From positions 245,178-309,177 of the IMG/VR virus record IMGVR_UViG_3300033995_001164: a stretch of DNA of 64,000 bases. One strand, written 5' to 3'. A model generated the notes under the pieces. The model saw only the letters and a list, made by a program, of their open reading frames with translations, was not told the DNA's origin and searched no databases. Each line of letters begins with the position of its first letter. The stretch's first letter is position 1. Positions 1 to 10,895 of the stretch are shown piece by piece. The position numbers were made by a program, and so were the translations under genes.

Positions 1-743
1 TGAACGTAGGACAAGAATTTCAAAATTATTACACAAAACATTTAGGTAAACCATCTTTGGATTTACATAACTTCAACAATCACATTCAAAACTCGATGAC
101 TCCATATATTTTAGAGGAAAGAGAGATGAGAGTAACTCAAATGGATATTTTTTCTCGTTTGATGATGGATAGAATTCTTTGGGCTTCGGGTCCGGTTGAC
201 GATAGAATGGGTGATATTATACAATCACAACTTATCTTCTTAGATAATTTGGATAAGAAAAAAGATATCAATTTATATCTACAAACTCCGGGTGGTAGTG
301 TATTAAGTGGTTTAGGTATTAGAGATACTATGAACTTCATCAATGCCGATGTTGCAACCACAAATATTGGTATGTGTGCGTCCATGGGTTCGGTATTACT
401 ATCTTCAGGGGCAAAAGGTAAAAGGGAATCTTTAATTTTTTCAAAGGTTATGACTCACATGGTGTCTCACGGAACACAAGGGAATGTTCAAGACACTAGA
501 ATTGGTCAACTTGAAGCTGAAAAATATAACTACTTGTTATTTAAAATATTAGCTGAGAATTGTGGTAAAACATTTGAACAAATGTTAGAATCATCAAGAA
601 ATGACAAATGGTTTAATTCAGATGAAGCGTTAGAGTTTGGATTAATTGATAAAATTATCGGTGTTGAGAAAAATCAATCAATGACTGATATGATGATTGG
701 TTTTGATGAGTATTATGAGAAAGAAATTCTTAAAAGAAAATAA
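1..743 (+). CDS. clpP: ClpP protease subunit; frame is open to the window edge (ATG probably 1 nt before position 1)
   Basis: DIFSRLMMDRI, LQTPGGSV, GMCASMGS (catalytic Ser), VMTH (His), DKWF..EALEFGLID. Confidence 0.95.
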   Translation, partial: NVGQEFQNYYTKHLGKPSLDLHNFNNHIQNSMTPYILEEREMRVTQMDIFSRLMMDRILWASGPVDDRMGDIIQSQLIFLDNLDKKKDINLYLQTPGGSVLSGLGIRDTMNFINADVATTNIGMCASMGSVLLSSGAKGKRESLIFSKVMTHMVSHGTQGNVQDTRIGQLEAEKYNYLLFKILAENCGKTFEQMLESSRNDKWFNSDEALEFGLIDKIIGVEKNQSMTDMMIGFDEYYEKEILKRK

Positions 744-855
744 GAATAAGTGTTAAATGAAAAAAGAAGGTATTACTACCTTCTTTTTTTTTTAGATAAG
801 ATAAACACCCCCTTGTTTTTAAAAATCTAATTTATATAATAGAGTTTTATATCTA

Positions 856-1512
856 TTATGTTGTAACCACAGGTTTAATTTTATTATAAACATCTGTCGC
901 TTTTTTGTTAAAACCATTAAACATTCCACAAACTATTCCGGATAATTGATTTTCTAAACTTGAGATAAATGCGGTGTCTTTAACGGCGCCTCCCAAAGCA
1001 TTTCTTAAGAATGAATACCCTTGACCTTCAAGTCCAGCTTTTTCTCCTAACATTTGAACAACCGCCTCAGATAATGATTCAGCAATTAATTTAGTTAATT
1101 CTTTACAATCTTTAAGAGCTAAAGCTAATCTTCTTGGGTCTGAAACTATAAATGATGTTATTGCATTTGTAAAAAAATTACTTAACCCTAACTTTCCAAC
1201 TAAAGATTTAACCATTGGTTCAACAACTGTTTGAGCAATTCCACTCAAAGCATTACTCCCAAATAATTTTCCTAAAACGTCCATCAATTGTTCGTTTAAG
1301 ATTTTATTCTCACTTAAAAAATTAATCTCTTCAAGAAGAGAATAAGCAATTTTTTCTTGTTTCTTTTTAGGTAATTTATTAAAATTTTTAATATTATCTT
1401 CCGATTCAACAATCATTAATATTCTACTTCTAACTAAATTCTCTTCAATTAAAGTTTTTTCTTGATTATCTTTCGCTTCTAATATCGCTCTTTTTATTTG
1501 TTTTTCTAACAT
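856..1512 (-). CDS. hypothetical protein, possibly virion-associated
   Basis: 218-aa ORF in a minus-strand operon; several I/L-x-E motifs in the N-terminal third. Confidence 0.7.
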   Translation of the reverse strand: MLEKQIKRAILEAKDNQEKTLIEENLVRSRILMIVESEDNIKNFNKLPKKKQEKIAYSLLEEINFLSENKILNEQLMDVLGKLFGSNALSGIAQTVVEPMVKSLVGKLGLSNFFTNAITSFIVSDPRRLALALKDCKELTKLIAESLSEAVVQMLGEKAGLEGQGYSFLRNALGGAVKDTAFISSLENQLSGIVCGMFNGFNKKATDVYNKIKPVVTT

Positions 1513-1522
1513 AACTTATTGA

Positions 1523-2446
1523 TTATTTCAATCTCCATTTAGCGTCTTCACCATAAGATAATGGCCCACCCGTTCCACCTCTTAATGTTTTAATATAATT
1601 GTCAACAATACTAAAAACTCCACCCCATTTACCGTTAAATTGGTTGGCACAAGCCTGAACTTGAGATTTTAATGAATCAAATTGACTTTGAGGTATGTCT
1701 TCTCTTTTAGTTTTCCAATAATCATAATATTGTTTCACTTTATCTCGACACACTTTTTTATCTTGTTCTCCGGCAGCTGGTTTATACATGATTAAACCTC
1801 CAGGGAAATATTGTTCACTACCTTGAACATTAACTTTTTGATAAGTCCCAGATGCTAATTGTTCAGGGGTTAGTTTTTCAACATATCCTTCGTTTTTTAT
1901 CCATTGATTGATAAAAGCTTGTTGTTCCGGAGTATAACCACCTTGTTTTGCAGTATTAACCTTTAATTTATATAAATCGTATTTTGGATGTTTTTGGTAT
2001 AATTGAGAAAGTTCTGTATCTGTTACGGCAATGTCAGCTCTTTTTTTCCATCCGTATTGTTCCAATTCTCTTGCAATGTCAGTATCTACTGTTGCTTTTT
2101 GAGATGCTTGTGTCGCTTGTTGAGAATCCATTTGAGCAATCTTATCACATTTCCAATTACCACTTTTACTTCCATCTCTAAATTTATAAGTCATATCACC
2201 ATAAAAGTCGATTTCTTTACCACTTTTAGTAGTTGCACGATAAACAAATTTAGTTTTATCAGGATTTGTAAATAATTGACCATTAATTAAACATCCCGCA
2301 GCTTTAGCCTTTCTTAATATTTCTTCACCCGTGTTTGAAACTGGCGTGACAGGTACAATAGGTTGTATTTGTTCCTTCATCAATGATTTGTGCATTGATA
2401 AAATTTCATTCTTTTCGGATTCTTCTATAATATATCTTTTCTTCAT
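1523..2446 (-). CDS. hypothetical protein with 'IIEESEK..IL.MH' leader
   Basis: 307-aa ORF; leader resembles those of 4248, 5662 and 27909. Confidence 0.7.
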   Translation of the reverse strand: MKKRYIIEESEKNEILSMHKSLMKEQIQPIVPVTPVSNTGEEILRKAKAAGCLINGQLFTNPDKTKFVYRATTKSGKEIDFYGDMTYKFRDGSKSGNWKCDKIAQMDSQQATQASQKATVDTDIARELEQYGWKKRADIAVTDTELSQLYQKHPKYDLYKLKVNTAKQGGYTPEQQAFINQWIKNEGYVEKLTPEQLASGTYQKVNVQGSEQYFPGGLIMYKPAAGEQDKKVCRDKVKQYYDYWKTKREDIPQSQFDSLKSQVQACANQFNGKWGGVFSIVDNYIKTLRGGTGGPLSYGEDAKWRLK

Positions 2447-2454
2447 TTTTAAAA

Positions 2455-3519
2455 TTAAGTATTAATCAATGATAATGAATCGTCCGCATCTGCTTGAACT
2501 GAGAATTCATCTGTTTGTGGTTTAACCGGTTGTTTAGATGCACAGATTTTTGTAACATCAGCATCAGTAAATGAGGTAAACCCTTTAGATGCTAACGCGG
2601 CTTTAGTCTTTTTACCAAATTTTCCGTCAGGAGTTAATCCTAAACATCCTTGAACTTTTGCAATTGTATTTGATTTACATCCATAGGAATAAGTTCCTGA
2701 ACATGGTTTGTAAGTACTTTTACCGGGTGTTTTACCACCTGTTTTATTACCACCTCCGCCACTACTAGTGTCTTTAATAGTTAATAAAGAATCCTCAACA
2801 CAATTTCTAATTGGTCTGTATATTTGTTTCCATTCAGACTCCGAATCAATGTCGATATCTAAATCATCAAATAAATCACCACTATCGGAATGTGCGTTAT
2901 AATATTTAACTAACGCACAGAAATCAGATGCAGTACCGGATTCTAATTTTTTGAATGCTCCAAATAATTTTTCTTCATCAGTTCCTCCTTGAAATCCGTA
3001 ACTATCATTAACAATTGCGTCTTCAATATCATCAGTAATTGAACGTAAATCAGTATCTTGTAATTTTCGTTGTAATTTGGCAATTTTAATACCCTCAGAT
3101 GAACACATTTCAAACATTTTTTTCACTTTGTTCATTCCCGTATCTTTTGTTACAAACCAATAAACTAATGGTAGTAACGCAAGTCCGGCTGCTCCTCCTA
3201 CAATTGCTCCAGCTGCTGTCGCCCCAACCCCAAGAGATGATAACGCACCTACTAATCCCGTACCTTGTGACGCGGCAATTGCAGTTGCACCAGCGATTTT
3301 AGGTAACGCAACCCCCGCAGCCCCTAAAGCACCCGACGCACCTAATCCTGCTCCCGCAGCGGCTCCTAATCCAGCTCCTGCAACGGTTGGTGACACGTAT
3401 TGTTCTTCAATAATTCCAATTTCTTTTTTATTTTCGTTCAGAGTTTTTGACATATCGTAAGACATCATCAATTTAACTCTTTCTAACGCCTCCGCCGGGC
3501 TATATTTTGGTTGTACCAT
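2455..3519 (-). CDS. protein with Gly/Ala-rich hydrophobic segment and C-terminal peptidoglycan-binding-like domain
   Basis: GAGLGAAAGAGLG glycine-zipper stretch; VQGCLGLTPDGKFGKKTKAAL resembles PG_binding_1. Confidence 0.65.
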   Translation of the reverse strand: MVQPKYSPAEALERVKLMMSYDMSKTLNENKKEIGIIEEQYVSPTVAGAGLGAAAGAGLGASGALGAAGVALPKIAGATAIAASQGTGLVGALSSLGVGATAAGAIVGGAAGLALLPLVYWFVTKDTGMNKVKKMFEMCSSEGIKIAKLQRKLQDTDLRSITDDIEDAIVNDSYGFQGGTDEEKLFGAFKKLESGTASDFCALVKYYNAHSDSGDLFDDLDIDIDSESEWKQIYRPIRNCVEDSLLTIKDTSSGGGGNKTGGKTPGKSTYKPCSGTYSYGCKSNTIAKVQGCLGLTPDGKFGKKTKAALASKGFTSFTDADVTKICASKQPVKPQTDEFSVQADADDSLSLINT

Positions 3520-3552
3520 CTTTAAAGTATTTTAATTATAAATATGTTGTTA

Positions 3553-3801
3553 TTACCAAATCTGATTAGCAGCACCTCGGGTTAATCCAGTTTGCCATTT
3601 TTGACCTGATTTCATTAGTGGATTTGCTTTACCTCGAGTTAATGTATATGTATCTTCCCATTTAGGTATTGACCCTCCACCACCTCCAGATGAGGGAGTT
3701 GATGCCGCAGCATCGTCTTGTTCTTCCATTTCTTCCCTTGGTTCACTATCTGAAGTGTATTTTTTAAAGAAGTCGATAAGTGCATTAATATCTCTAACCA
3801 T
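3553..3801 (-). CDS. hypothetical protein
   Basis: 82 aa with a duplicated W-x4-L-TRG-x-AN motif. Confidence 0.65.
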   Translation of the reverse strand: MVRDINALIDFFKKYTSDSEPREEMEEQDDAAASTPSSGGGGGSIPKWEDTYTLTRGKANPLMKSGQKWQTGLTRGAANQIW

Positions 3802-3833
3802 TTTTAATATTTTTTTGTTATTTAAATAAATAG

Positions 3834-4142
3834 TTAATAAAACTCATTTTTTGGTAATTGGAGTGGGTTAATTAAATAATATTCATTTAAGAATATGATT
3901 AGTTCATCTTCATCTAATTCGATTGTCTCATGTTCAAAAATTCCCCCTTCAAAATCGTCCTCATCATCTCCGAAAAAATCGAATGTTTCTGTGACAAGGT
4001 CAAATCCGTATTCCTCAACAATACTATAATCGATTGTGTCATTTCTTAACACATCTTCTTCATCATCTATAGTTCTAAATGATACCTCAATCATATTAGT
4101 CTCTCCGTTCAAATAATATGATATAATTTCTTTAATTTCCAT
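3834..4142 (-). CDS. acidic hypothetical protein
   Basis: ORF track; likely start MEIKEII at 4142. Confidence 0.65.
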   Translation of the reverse strand: MEIKEIISYYLNGETNMIEVSFRTIDDEEDVLRNDTIDYSIVEEYGFDLVTETFDFFGDDEDDFEGGIFEHETIELDEDELIIFLNEYYLINPLQLPKNEFY

Positions 4143-4212
4143 AATAACTTTTATAAACAAATATGTTAAAATATCTCAAAAGACAATATTTTTATCACTA
4201 AATCGCATAAAA

Positions 4213-4234
4213 AACCCCTCCGGTTAGAGGGGTT
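4213..4234 (-). terminator. intrinsic terminator hairpin, identical copy at 5633-5654
   Basis: AACCCCTCCGGTTAGAGGGGTT next to an A-run (U-run on minus strand). Confidence 0.75.
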
Positions 4235-4247
4235 TATTAAATTAGTT

Positions 4248-5603
4248 TTAAAGTTTAATATCACCACCAACATTAATCATTTTTCTTATTTCGTTTTCAT
4301 TATGTTTTTTAGATAATGGTGTTTGCATAATATTTAAATTTTCTCCCACACTTTTTAATTCACCAAAAGTCTTAATTGGGCAATTTTGGATAAATAAATT
4401 TTCTACCGATTCTAATTTCCCCAAAGACTTTAAATTAAGGCAATTCATAATTCTTATATATTTTGCCGATTTTATATTACCCAAAGATTCTAAATTAGGA
4501 CAATGTTGGATATCTATCATTTCGGCGAATGTTACAACACCTAAATTTTCAATTGATGTCTCAGAAATCACTAAAATATTTACATATTTTAACATATTTA
4601 ATGATTTTAAATTAGGACAATTACGAATTTCTAACGATGTAACACTTTTTAAGTTTTCTAAAGATTTAAAATTACAATTATTTAATACAAGTCTTCCATC
4701 AACTGATGTTAAATCACCTAAAGTATTGGTTGAGTTAAGAATTAAATCTCCTTTAGACCCATCTTTAATATATTTTTGTATTTTCTTTTGTTCAGCGATT
4801 TGATGATTTTTAGAACGTTCCCCAGTCGAACGTCTTGTAACAAATATATTATTTAGGTTTAGTATAGATATAAATGTTTGAATATCTTTAGAGTTAATTT
4901 GTAAATCTGACCCATTATAACCATCTATAGTTCCATTACTAAGTACCGCCAATGCCACTACTACCATCTTTTCCCATCGGTTAGGAAATGACTCTTTTAA
5001 CTTTTCAATCATTTGTGGTGATTTTACCTTAATATAGTAAAAAGTTACGTTATTTTTATAGTAATAGTCATTAAAGTGGTCAGGCGATTTAAAAGTTGTA
5101 CACCAAGCCGAATCTTTTTTACCGTTACCACAATCTCTAAAAGAGAAGTGAGATAACCCTAATTTTCTTGACGCCTCGTGTGTATGAGGTGACATAATTA
5201 GTAAATCTTCATTATTTACTACTGTGTCATAATCCGACTCTAAACCTTTATTTGAAACACCTTCACTTGATTGGTTTAAACCATCTACCTCAGAATATAA
5301 ATCTTTAAAAGTTTTAAACTGATTAATATCTTTTGTTTTAGTTTTACCTTTATTTAAAAAAACATCGTATTCCTCAATCGTATTTCTTAATTGGTCTAAA
5401 TCTGGTTGTTCACTCATCCATATTTTAGACATCCATCCAACATATTTATTTGTTTTAGATGGGTCAATAGATATTAGTTTTTCTAATATATCTTTAGGAA
5501 GTAGGTTTAATTCAACGTATTTTCTAGCTTGTTTAACATTTTCGATTAAAATATAGGAAGATAAAATGTCTTTTTTTTCTTGTTCTGTTATAACTATTCT
5601 CAT
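4248..5603 (-). CDS. ITE-leader protein with 'WCTT' domain and C-terminal leucine-rich repeats
   Basis: Repeated NCPNLKSLGxLxxV units; N-terminal part (D.SKTNKY, WCTT) resembles 18613. Confidence 0.8.
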   Translation of the reverse strand: MRIVITEQEKKDILSSYILIENVKQARKYVELNLLPKDILEKLISIDPSKTNKYVGWMSKIWMSEQPDLDQLRNTIEEYDVFLNKGKTKTKDINQFKTFKDLYSEVDGLNQSSEGVSNKGLESDYDTVVNNEDLLIMSPHTHEASRKLGLSHFSFRDCGNGKKDSAWCTTFKSPDHFNDYYYKNNVTFYYIKVKSPQMIEKLKESFPNRWEKMVVVALAVLSNGTIDGYNGSDLQINSKDIQTFISILNLNNIFVTRRSTGERSKNHQIAEQKKIQKYIKDGSKGDLILNSTNTLGDLTSVDGRLVLNNCNFKSLENLKSVTSLEIRNCPNLKSLNMLKYVNILVISETSIENLGVVTFAEMIDIQHCPNLESLGNIKSAKYIRIMNCLNLKSLGKLESVENLFIQNCPIKTFGELKSVGENLNIMQTPLSKKHNENEIRKMINVGGDIKL

Positions 5604-5661
5604 AATTTATAAATATCTTTCAAAAAACAAACAACCCCTCCGGTTAGAGGGGTTGTTTGTT

Positions 5662-6705
5662 TTATTTAAATTTACTCATTCTGTTAAACATCTCCGAGAT
5701 TTTATTTTTTTGTGATGTGAAGTCTTCCATAATGTCTTCATCAATTTCACTCCAATCATCATCACCGGTGTGAGCTTTGATTTCTTCCCATGATTTATCT
5801 CTCGGGTCGAATTTATCAAGGTCTAAGTCAAATGAATCATCATCTTCGTCTTCGTCCTCATCACCATAATTAGCTCCTGGCCAAGTTGATGCATCATCTC
5901 CATCATAATCCATAAATTCATCTTCGTCGTCTTCATTATAACTGAATCTTTGGTATGGCCCCGCTTTACCTGGTCCTTCACTATCAAAGTCGTATGCTCT
6001 GTCCATATCTGCGTAGATTCCTTGGGAACCTGAAACATCTACTTCATCTATTTCTTCATCTGCCCACGCAGACTCCATTTTCTCATATTCAACTTCTTCC
6101 TCATCATCATATTCGTTAACCGGATAAACACTACCTGGCCCATTTGAGTCAAAATCATATGCAGGTTCAACTGAATCAACATTCATATCATCAGCGTTTC
6201 CACCTTGTTCGTCTAATTCATCTGTTTCTAATTCTTCATCTTCAAAACCATCATCATCAATAACATCGTCTTCTTTATATAGATTCTTATTTCTTCCTTT
6301 GAATGTGTCAACATTGTTTGATGAACCTTCAATGTAATCAAACCCTGCAGTTGGATTTAAATCTTCTTCATCATATATGTCATCCAAATGACCTGTTTCT
6401 TCTTCCATGTGTCCATAATTACATTCGGTACACATACCTTCAGTCATCATAGCTCCACATTCATCACAAACTTCTTTAGTTTCAACCTGTTCGTTGATTC
6501 CCATGTTTGTATATCTTTTAACTTCACCTTTATTATTGACAACAAGTCCGTGTTTATCACCTGCCGGGTCAAACACATATAATGGTTGAGTATTTGATAC
6601 TTCAGGTTGCATTGTTTGATAACCGTTGTATAAACTTTTGTGTTGGTCTAGTATGTCAGACTTTTCAGCTGCAGATAATTGACCTATTCCGTAATTTGTT
6701 CTCAT
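5662..6705 (-). CDS. highly acidic protein with zinc ribbon and internal repeats
   Basis: CDECG..CTEC; repeated AYDFDSxGPG. Confidence 0.7.
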   Translation of the reverse strand: MRTNYGIGQLSAAEKSDILDQHKSLYNGYQTMQPEVSNTQPLYVFDPAGDKHGLVVNNKGEVKRYTNMGINEQVETKEVCDECGAMMTEGMCTECNYGHMEEETGHLDDIYDEEDLNPTAGFDYIEGSSNNVDTFKGRNKNLYKEDDVIDDDGFEDEELETDELDEQGGNADDMNVDSVEPAYDFDSNGPGSVYPVNEYDDEEEVEYEKMESAWADEEIDEVDVSGSQGIYADMDRAYDFDSEGPGKAGPYQRFSYNEDDEDEFMDYDGDDASTWPGANYGDEDEDEDDDSFDLDLDKFDPRDKSWEEIKAHTGDDDWSEIDEDIMEDFTSQKNKISEMFNRMSKFK

Positions 6706-6787
6706 AAATTAGTTTTAATATAAATACACAACATTTCCTTTTTTTTATATTTGACATAACGAAAATACATAATTATATTTGTAAGAC

Positions 6788-6870
6788 ACAAGTGAGGGGG
6801 TTAATAATTCATTTGATAGTTCACTGGTAATTTACTTTTCGCCTAACATTAACCCCACTTGTTTTTTTTC
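6788..6870 (+). ncRNA. candidate small RNA or attenuator
   Basis: TATATTTG box at 6774-6781; arms 6788-6805 and 6848-6862 are complementary and followed by a T-run; no ORF. Confidence 0.4.
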
Positions 6871-6901
6871 TTCAAAATTTTTTTATTCCAATTTAATTTA
6901 A

Positions 6902-6909
6902 TATCTTTG
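6902..6909 (+). promoter_or_regulatory. Bacteroidota sigma-A -7 box (TAnnTTTG)
   Basis: TATCTTTG 4 nt before the ATG; the same box occurs at 9804, 22927, 33451, 53058, 54760, 59753, 62160 (+) and before many minus-strand genes. Confidence 0.75.
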
Positions 6910-6913
6910 CCCT

Positions 6914-7576
6914 ATGATTAAGATAGAAAAACATAGAAAAGTTTGGATTGTATCCGACACTCACTTTGGACATAAGAATATATGTCGAGGTGTAACGGCA
7001 TGGAGATTACCTGATGGGTCAATTCCTGAAAGTCAAACAAGAGATTTTGAAACTATTGGACAGATGAACGACATTATTGTGAATAACATTAATAGTGTTG
7101 TTGGTCAAGACGATGTTTTAATTCACTTGGGTGATTGGAGTTTTGGCGGCTTTGAAAATGTAAAAATTTTTAGAGATAGAATTGTATGTAAAGAGATTCA
7201 CCTTATATTAGGGAATCACGACCACCACATTGAGAACAACCGAGAGGATTGTCAAGAAATGTTTGCAAGTGTAAATCACTACACAAAATTGATGTATAAA
7301 TTCGATACTTTGGTTTTAATGCACTACCCTATTGATTCTTGGGATGGATTAAACAAAGGACACATCCACTTACACGGACATTGTCATCTACCTCAACAAA
7401 AAGTATTTGGTAAAGGAAGGAGAATGGATGTTGGAATTGATGGTAATATGTTTTTTATGCCATACTCGTTAGATAATGTTATTAAGATTGTTAAAACGAG
7501 AGAAATTCTTTCTAATATGGATGATGACCACCACACAGATGAAGTAATGACCGATGAAGGTCGAAAAAGAAAGTAA
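6914..7576 (+). CDS. calcineurin-like metallophosphoesterase
   Basis: SDTHFGH, HLGD, GNHD, HGHCH motifs. Confidence 0.9.
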   Translation: MIKIEKHRKVWIVSDTHFGHKNICRGVTAWRLPDGSIPESQTRDFETIGQMNDIIVNNINSVVGQDDVLIHLGDWSFGGFENVKIFRDRIVCKEIHLILGNHDHHIENNREDCQEMFASVNHYTKLMYKFDTLVLMHYPIDSWDGLNKGHIHLHGHCHLPQQKVFGKGRRMDVGIDGNMFFMPYSLDNVIKIVKTREILSNMDDDHHTDEVMTDEGRKRK

Positions 7577-7577
7577 T

Positions 7578-8594
7578 ATGTATAAAACAAGAATAGAAGA
7601 AAATCATTTTGATAAGGAAGGGAATTTAATTCCCAAACGAGTTATTATTGAAGTTCCATTAACTTATGAGATGATTCAGGATTGTTTTCTTTATAATGCC
7701 GTGGACGCCCCTTCAGAAATTAAATCAATGTTAATGGAAATTCTTGGTGAAACAATTGATAAAATTATTTTAGGGGAAAGACCGGATTATGTTAATGAAG
7801 AGTGGTTAATAGATAGATTAGATAAAGTTAAAATAACATGAAAGAAAAAATTTTAGAATTAATTCATAAAGAATTAGAAAATGTAGGTGGAGATAATATC
7901 TTCCACGATTGTGGTTATAGTTGGTATGATGGACCCCCCTATAAAAAAAATACTTTAGAAATTAAAAGTAATTGTGATAGTAAAGAAACAATTGATGTTG
8001 ATTTATTAGATTTTGCGTTAAAATTTGAGGATGGTGAACCAAGTATCAAAATATACACAATAACTAATTACACGGCTAAATTAGAACCATACAAGACCAA
8101 ATATTTTGGGTTTAAGAAATTTACATCAATAATCACGAGTTATATCTTTACAACAAAAATAACTTGTGGTCATATTTCATTTGATTTATCAGATGATGAA
8201 AACGCTGAGTTAATAAAATTAACTAAAGAGTCTTACTCAAAATATCTTTCATTAAAAGACAAAGCGAGAAATAAAGAAGTTTCCAAGAAAATTAAAAAAC
8301 GATTAAAAAAATATCAAAATAAATTAGGCAAGTAAATTTAAATGACTTACCTTTGTCAAACAAAAATAAAAATATATGCAAACATTAGTTTTTAACACAA
8401 ACACCAAAACAGTTAAAGTAACTGAAGGTAGAACATCAGATTCAACAATCTTATATGAATTCGATAAGGTTCCGACAGTTCGAATCGCACCGGAGGGGTA
8501 TTACGAAGTAGTACAATCAATTGAATGGGGAGACACTCGAGTTCCTGTCGCAAGATTTCCAATTGCCAACACAAACATGACAATCATCAAATAA
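7578..8594 (+). CDS. three small hypothetical proteins (7578-7841, 7838-8335, 8376-8594)
   Basis: Consecutive co-oriented ORFs. Confidence 0.6.
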
Positions 8595-8595
8595 C

Positions 8596-8907
8596 ATGAA
8601 GAGAGTCGCAATCAGTATCGGATTAATTTTATTATTTTTAATCCTATGCCAAACAACCATAATGTCATTCCATTTAATCAATCAACCGGATACTTTTTCA
8701 TTGGGGGCTGGGTTAATTTTATTCGGGTCACAAATTTTTGGAATTATCACATTGGTTAATTACACTTACAATTTAATATCAAGTTGGAATAAACAACCTG
8801 AGATTGTACCGGAAGAAATTCCAACTGAAGAGGTTCAGACAGAAACACCTAAAAAAAAGAAAAAAAGTAAAAAAGAAAAAAATTTAAAACCAAAGAAAGA
8901 TGAGTAG
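8596..8907 (+). CDS. two-TM membrane protein, likely partner of the SPFH protein
   Basis: Two hydrophobic helices and a basic tail; overlaps the next start. Confidence 0.65.
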   Translation: MKRVAISIGLILLFLILCQTTIMSFHLINQPDTFSLGAGLILFGSQIFGIITLVNYTYNLISSWNKQPEIVPEEIPTEEVQTETPKKKKKSKKEKNLKPKKDE

Positions 8908-9754
8908 AATTTTAATTATTGTAGGAGTAGTGTTATTGTTTATTGTAGGAGTTAGTTCTTGTAAAATTGCGGACTCAGCGGAAGTCGCATTAGTAGTGAA
9001 TCAGATTGGAAACGACAAGGGGGTTCCAAATATTGAAATGGCGTCGGGTCTTATTATGTATTTCCCACCAACACAAGATGTGTATATGTATCCAACATCA
9101 GTTCAACATAAAGTATGGACATCATCAGTAGATGAAGATTCACCAACAGATGAACATATTGATGTAACTTCGGGTGATGGTGCCACTTTTGGATTGGATG
9201 TTGCAATTAACCTTCAATTAAAACGAGAATCAGCGACAATGTTATTCACAAAATATCGTGTAGGTATGGAAGAATTAATTGAAACAAGAGTTCGTAATAT
9301 TGTAAGAAAAGAATTATTAGATAATGCGGTTAGTTTCGCATCCGATAGTTTACTCCAACATAGAAATGTATATGAAGCAAATGTCACAAGAACTTTGGAA
9401 AAAGCATTAGAAAAAGAAGGGTTCATATTAAATAACATCGCAGTCTTAAAAATGGATATTCCTGCGTCTTATAGAAAGGCAATTGAGACTAAAATTAAAG
9501 TAATCCAAGAAACGGCAACGATTAAATCTCAAACAATTCAAGCAGAACAAACGGCACTTAAGAAAGTTGCGTTGGCGAAAGGTAATTATGAAGCGGCATT
9601 ATACGACGCCAAAACAAAAGAGATATTATCTCAACCTAAATTGTTAGAGTTATACAGAGCAGAAACTGAAAGAGTATGGGCTGAAAAAGGTAAATCTCCT
9701 TACGGACAAAACAATGTTTTTGGTTCTACATCCGGAATACTTCTTAATAGATAA
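8900..9754 (+). CDS. SPFH/Band 7 (prohibitin-like) membrane protein
   Basis: N-terminal TM/lipobox-like segment (VSSC), Band-7-like core, AIETK..AEQ coiled coil. Confidence 0.85.
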   Translation: MSRILIIVGVVLLFIVGVSSCKIADSAEVALVVNQIGNDKGVPNIEMASGLIMYFPPTQDVYMYPTSVQHKVWTSSVDEDSPTDEHIDVTSGDGATFGLDVAINLQLKRESATMLFTKYRVGMEELIETRVRNIVRKELLDNAVSFASDSLLQHRNVYEANVTRTLEKALEKEGFILNNIAVLKMDIPASYRKAIETKIKVIQETATIKSQTIQAEQTALKKVALAKGNYEAALYDAKTKEILSQPKLLELYRAETERVWAEKGKSPYGQNNVFGSTSGILLNR

Positions 9755-9815
9755 AAAAAAAATAAAATATTTTAAAAATCCCCATTTATTGGGGATTTTT
9801 TTTTATATTTGCATC

Positions 9816-10895
9816 ATGAAAATTGATATAGAAATAATAGACAGATACGTGAGTGAAGGATTGATTGAGAAAAACCCTCATCCAACACTTCCAATTGCAA
9901 TATATAATTACTCAAGACAAACTCAGTTTGAGGGTAAATGGGATAATATTACCAAAAATTGTCGAGGACTTGTTTTGGATAATGATGGTAATGTCGTTGC
10001 CAAACCATTTGGTAAATTCTTCAATATGGAAGAACATGACCCAAGTGAAATCCCAAATGAAACTTTTGAAGTGTTTGAGAAAATGGATGGGTCGTTAGGG
10101 ATTTTGTTTTGGTATGAAGGACAATGGATTTTTGCAAGTAAGGGTTCATTCACTTCAGACCAAGCAATTAGAGGTAGAGAAATATTAAAAAAATATGACA
10201 TCCAACCAGTTCCAAAAGGGTACACCACATTAGTAGAAATAATTTACAAAGAGAATCGTATTGTTTGTGATTATGGTGATGATGAAAGTTTGGTAGTACT
10301 TACTATGATTAGTAATGTTTCAGGAAAAGAATTTGATTATTCTTCTTTGATTCAAGTTTGTGAAGTTGTTGGGTTTCCGGTTGTTAAACGATATGATGGG
10401 ATTGATGATTATAAGACCCTCAAATCAATTATCAAGGATAATCAAGAAGGTTTTGTCATAAGATTTAGAAGTGGGTTTAGAATGAAAATAAAGGGAGAAA
10501 ATTATGTTCGTCTCCATAGAATCTTAACTGGGTTTTCGAATATTAATATTTGGGAAGTGTTGAAAGATGGTAAAGATATAAATGAATATTTGGATAGTGT
10601 TCCGGATGAATTTGACAAGTGGGTTAAAAATGTTGTTAAAGATTTAAGATATTCATACTTCCAAATTGGTGAAAGGGTTGGAAAAACATTTGACTACTAT
10701 ATGTATGGTAAATACAACGACAAAGAACCGGTTACCGACAGAAAATCATTCGCCGAATGGGTGATGACACAAGATAAATTTGCTCAACCAATTTTATTTA
10801 AAATGTTTGATAAAAAAGATTATTCTTCCTATATTTGGAATCTAATACGTCCAACATATAGTAAACCATTTTGGCAAAAAGATAGTGAGTCATGA
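9816..10895 (+). CDS. T4 Rnl1-family RNA ligase
   Basis: CRGLVLD, KPFGKFFN, motif I EKMDGSLG, EGFVI, KIKG; true start 9816 follows the TATATTTG box. Confidence 0.9.
   Translation: MKIDIEIIDRYVSEGLIEKNPHPTLPIAIYNYSRQTQFEGKWDNITKNCRGLVLDNDGNVVAKPFGKFFNMEEHDPSEIPNETFEVFEKMDGSLGILFWYEGQWIFASKGSFTSDQAIRGREILKKYDIQPVPKGYTTLVEIIYKENRIVCDYGDDESLVVLTMISNVSGKEFDYSSLIQVCEVVGFPVVKRYDGIDDYKTLKSIIKDNQEGFVIRFRSGFRMKIKGENYVRLHRILTGFSNINIWEVLKDGKDINEYLDSVPDEFDKWVKNVVKDLRYSYFQIGERVGKTFDYYMYGKYNDKEPVTDRKSFAEWVMTQDKFAQPILFKMFDKKDYSSYIWNLIRPTYSKPFWQKDSES

Noticed and set aside
9788-9800. Self-target of spacer 46928-46956 (ATTGGGGATTTT)
   Set aside because: Only about 12 nt of low-complexity match within a terminator hairpin.
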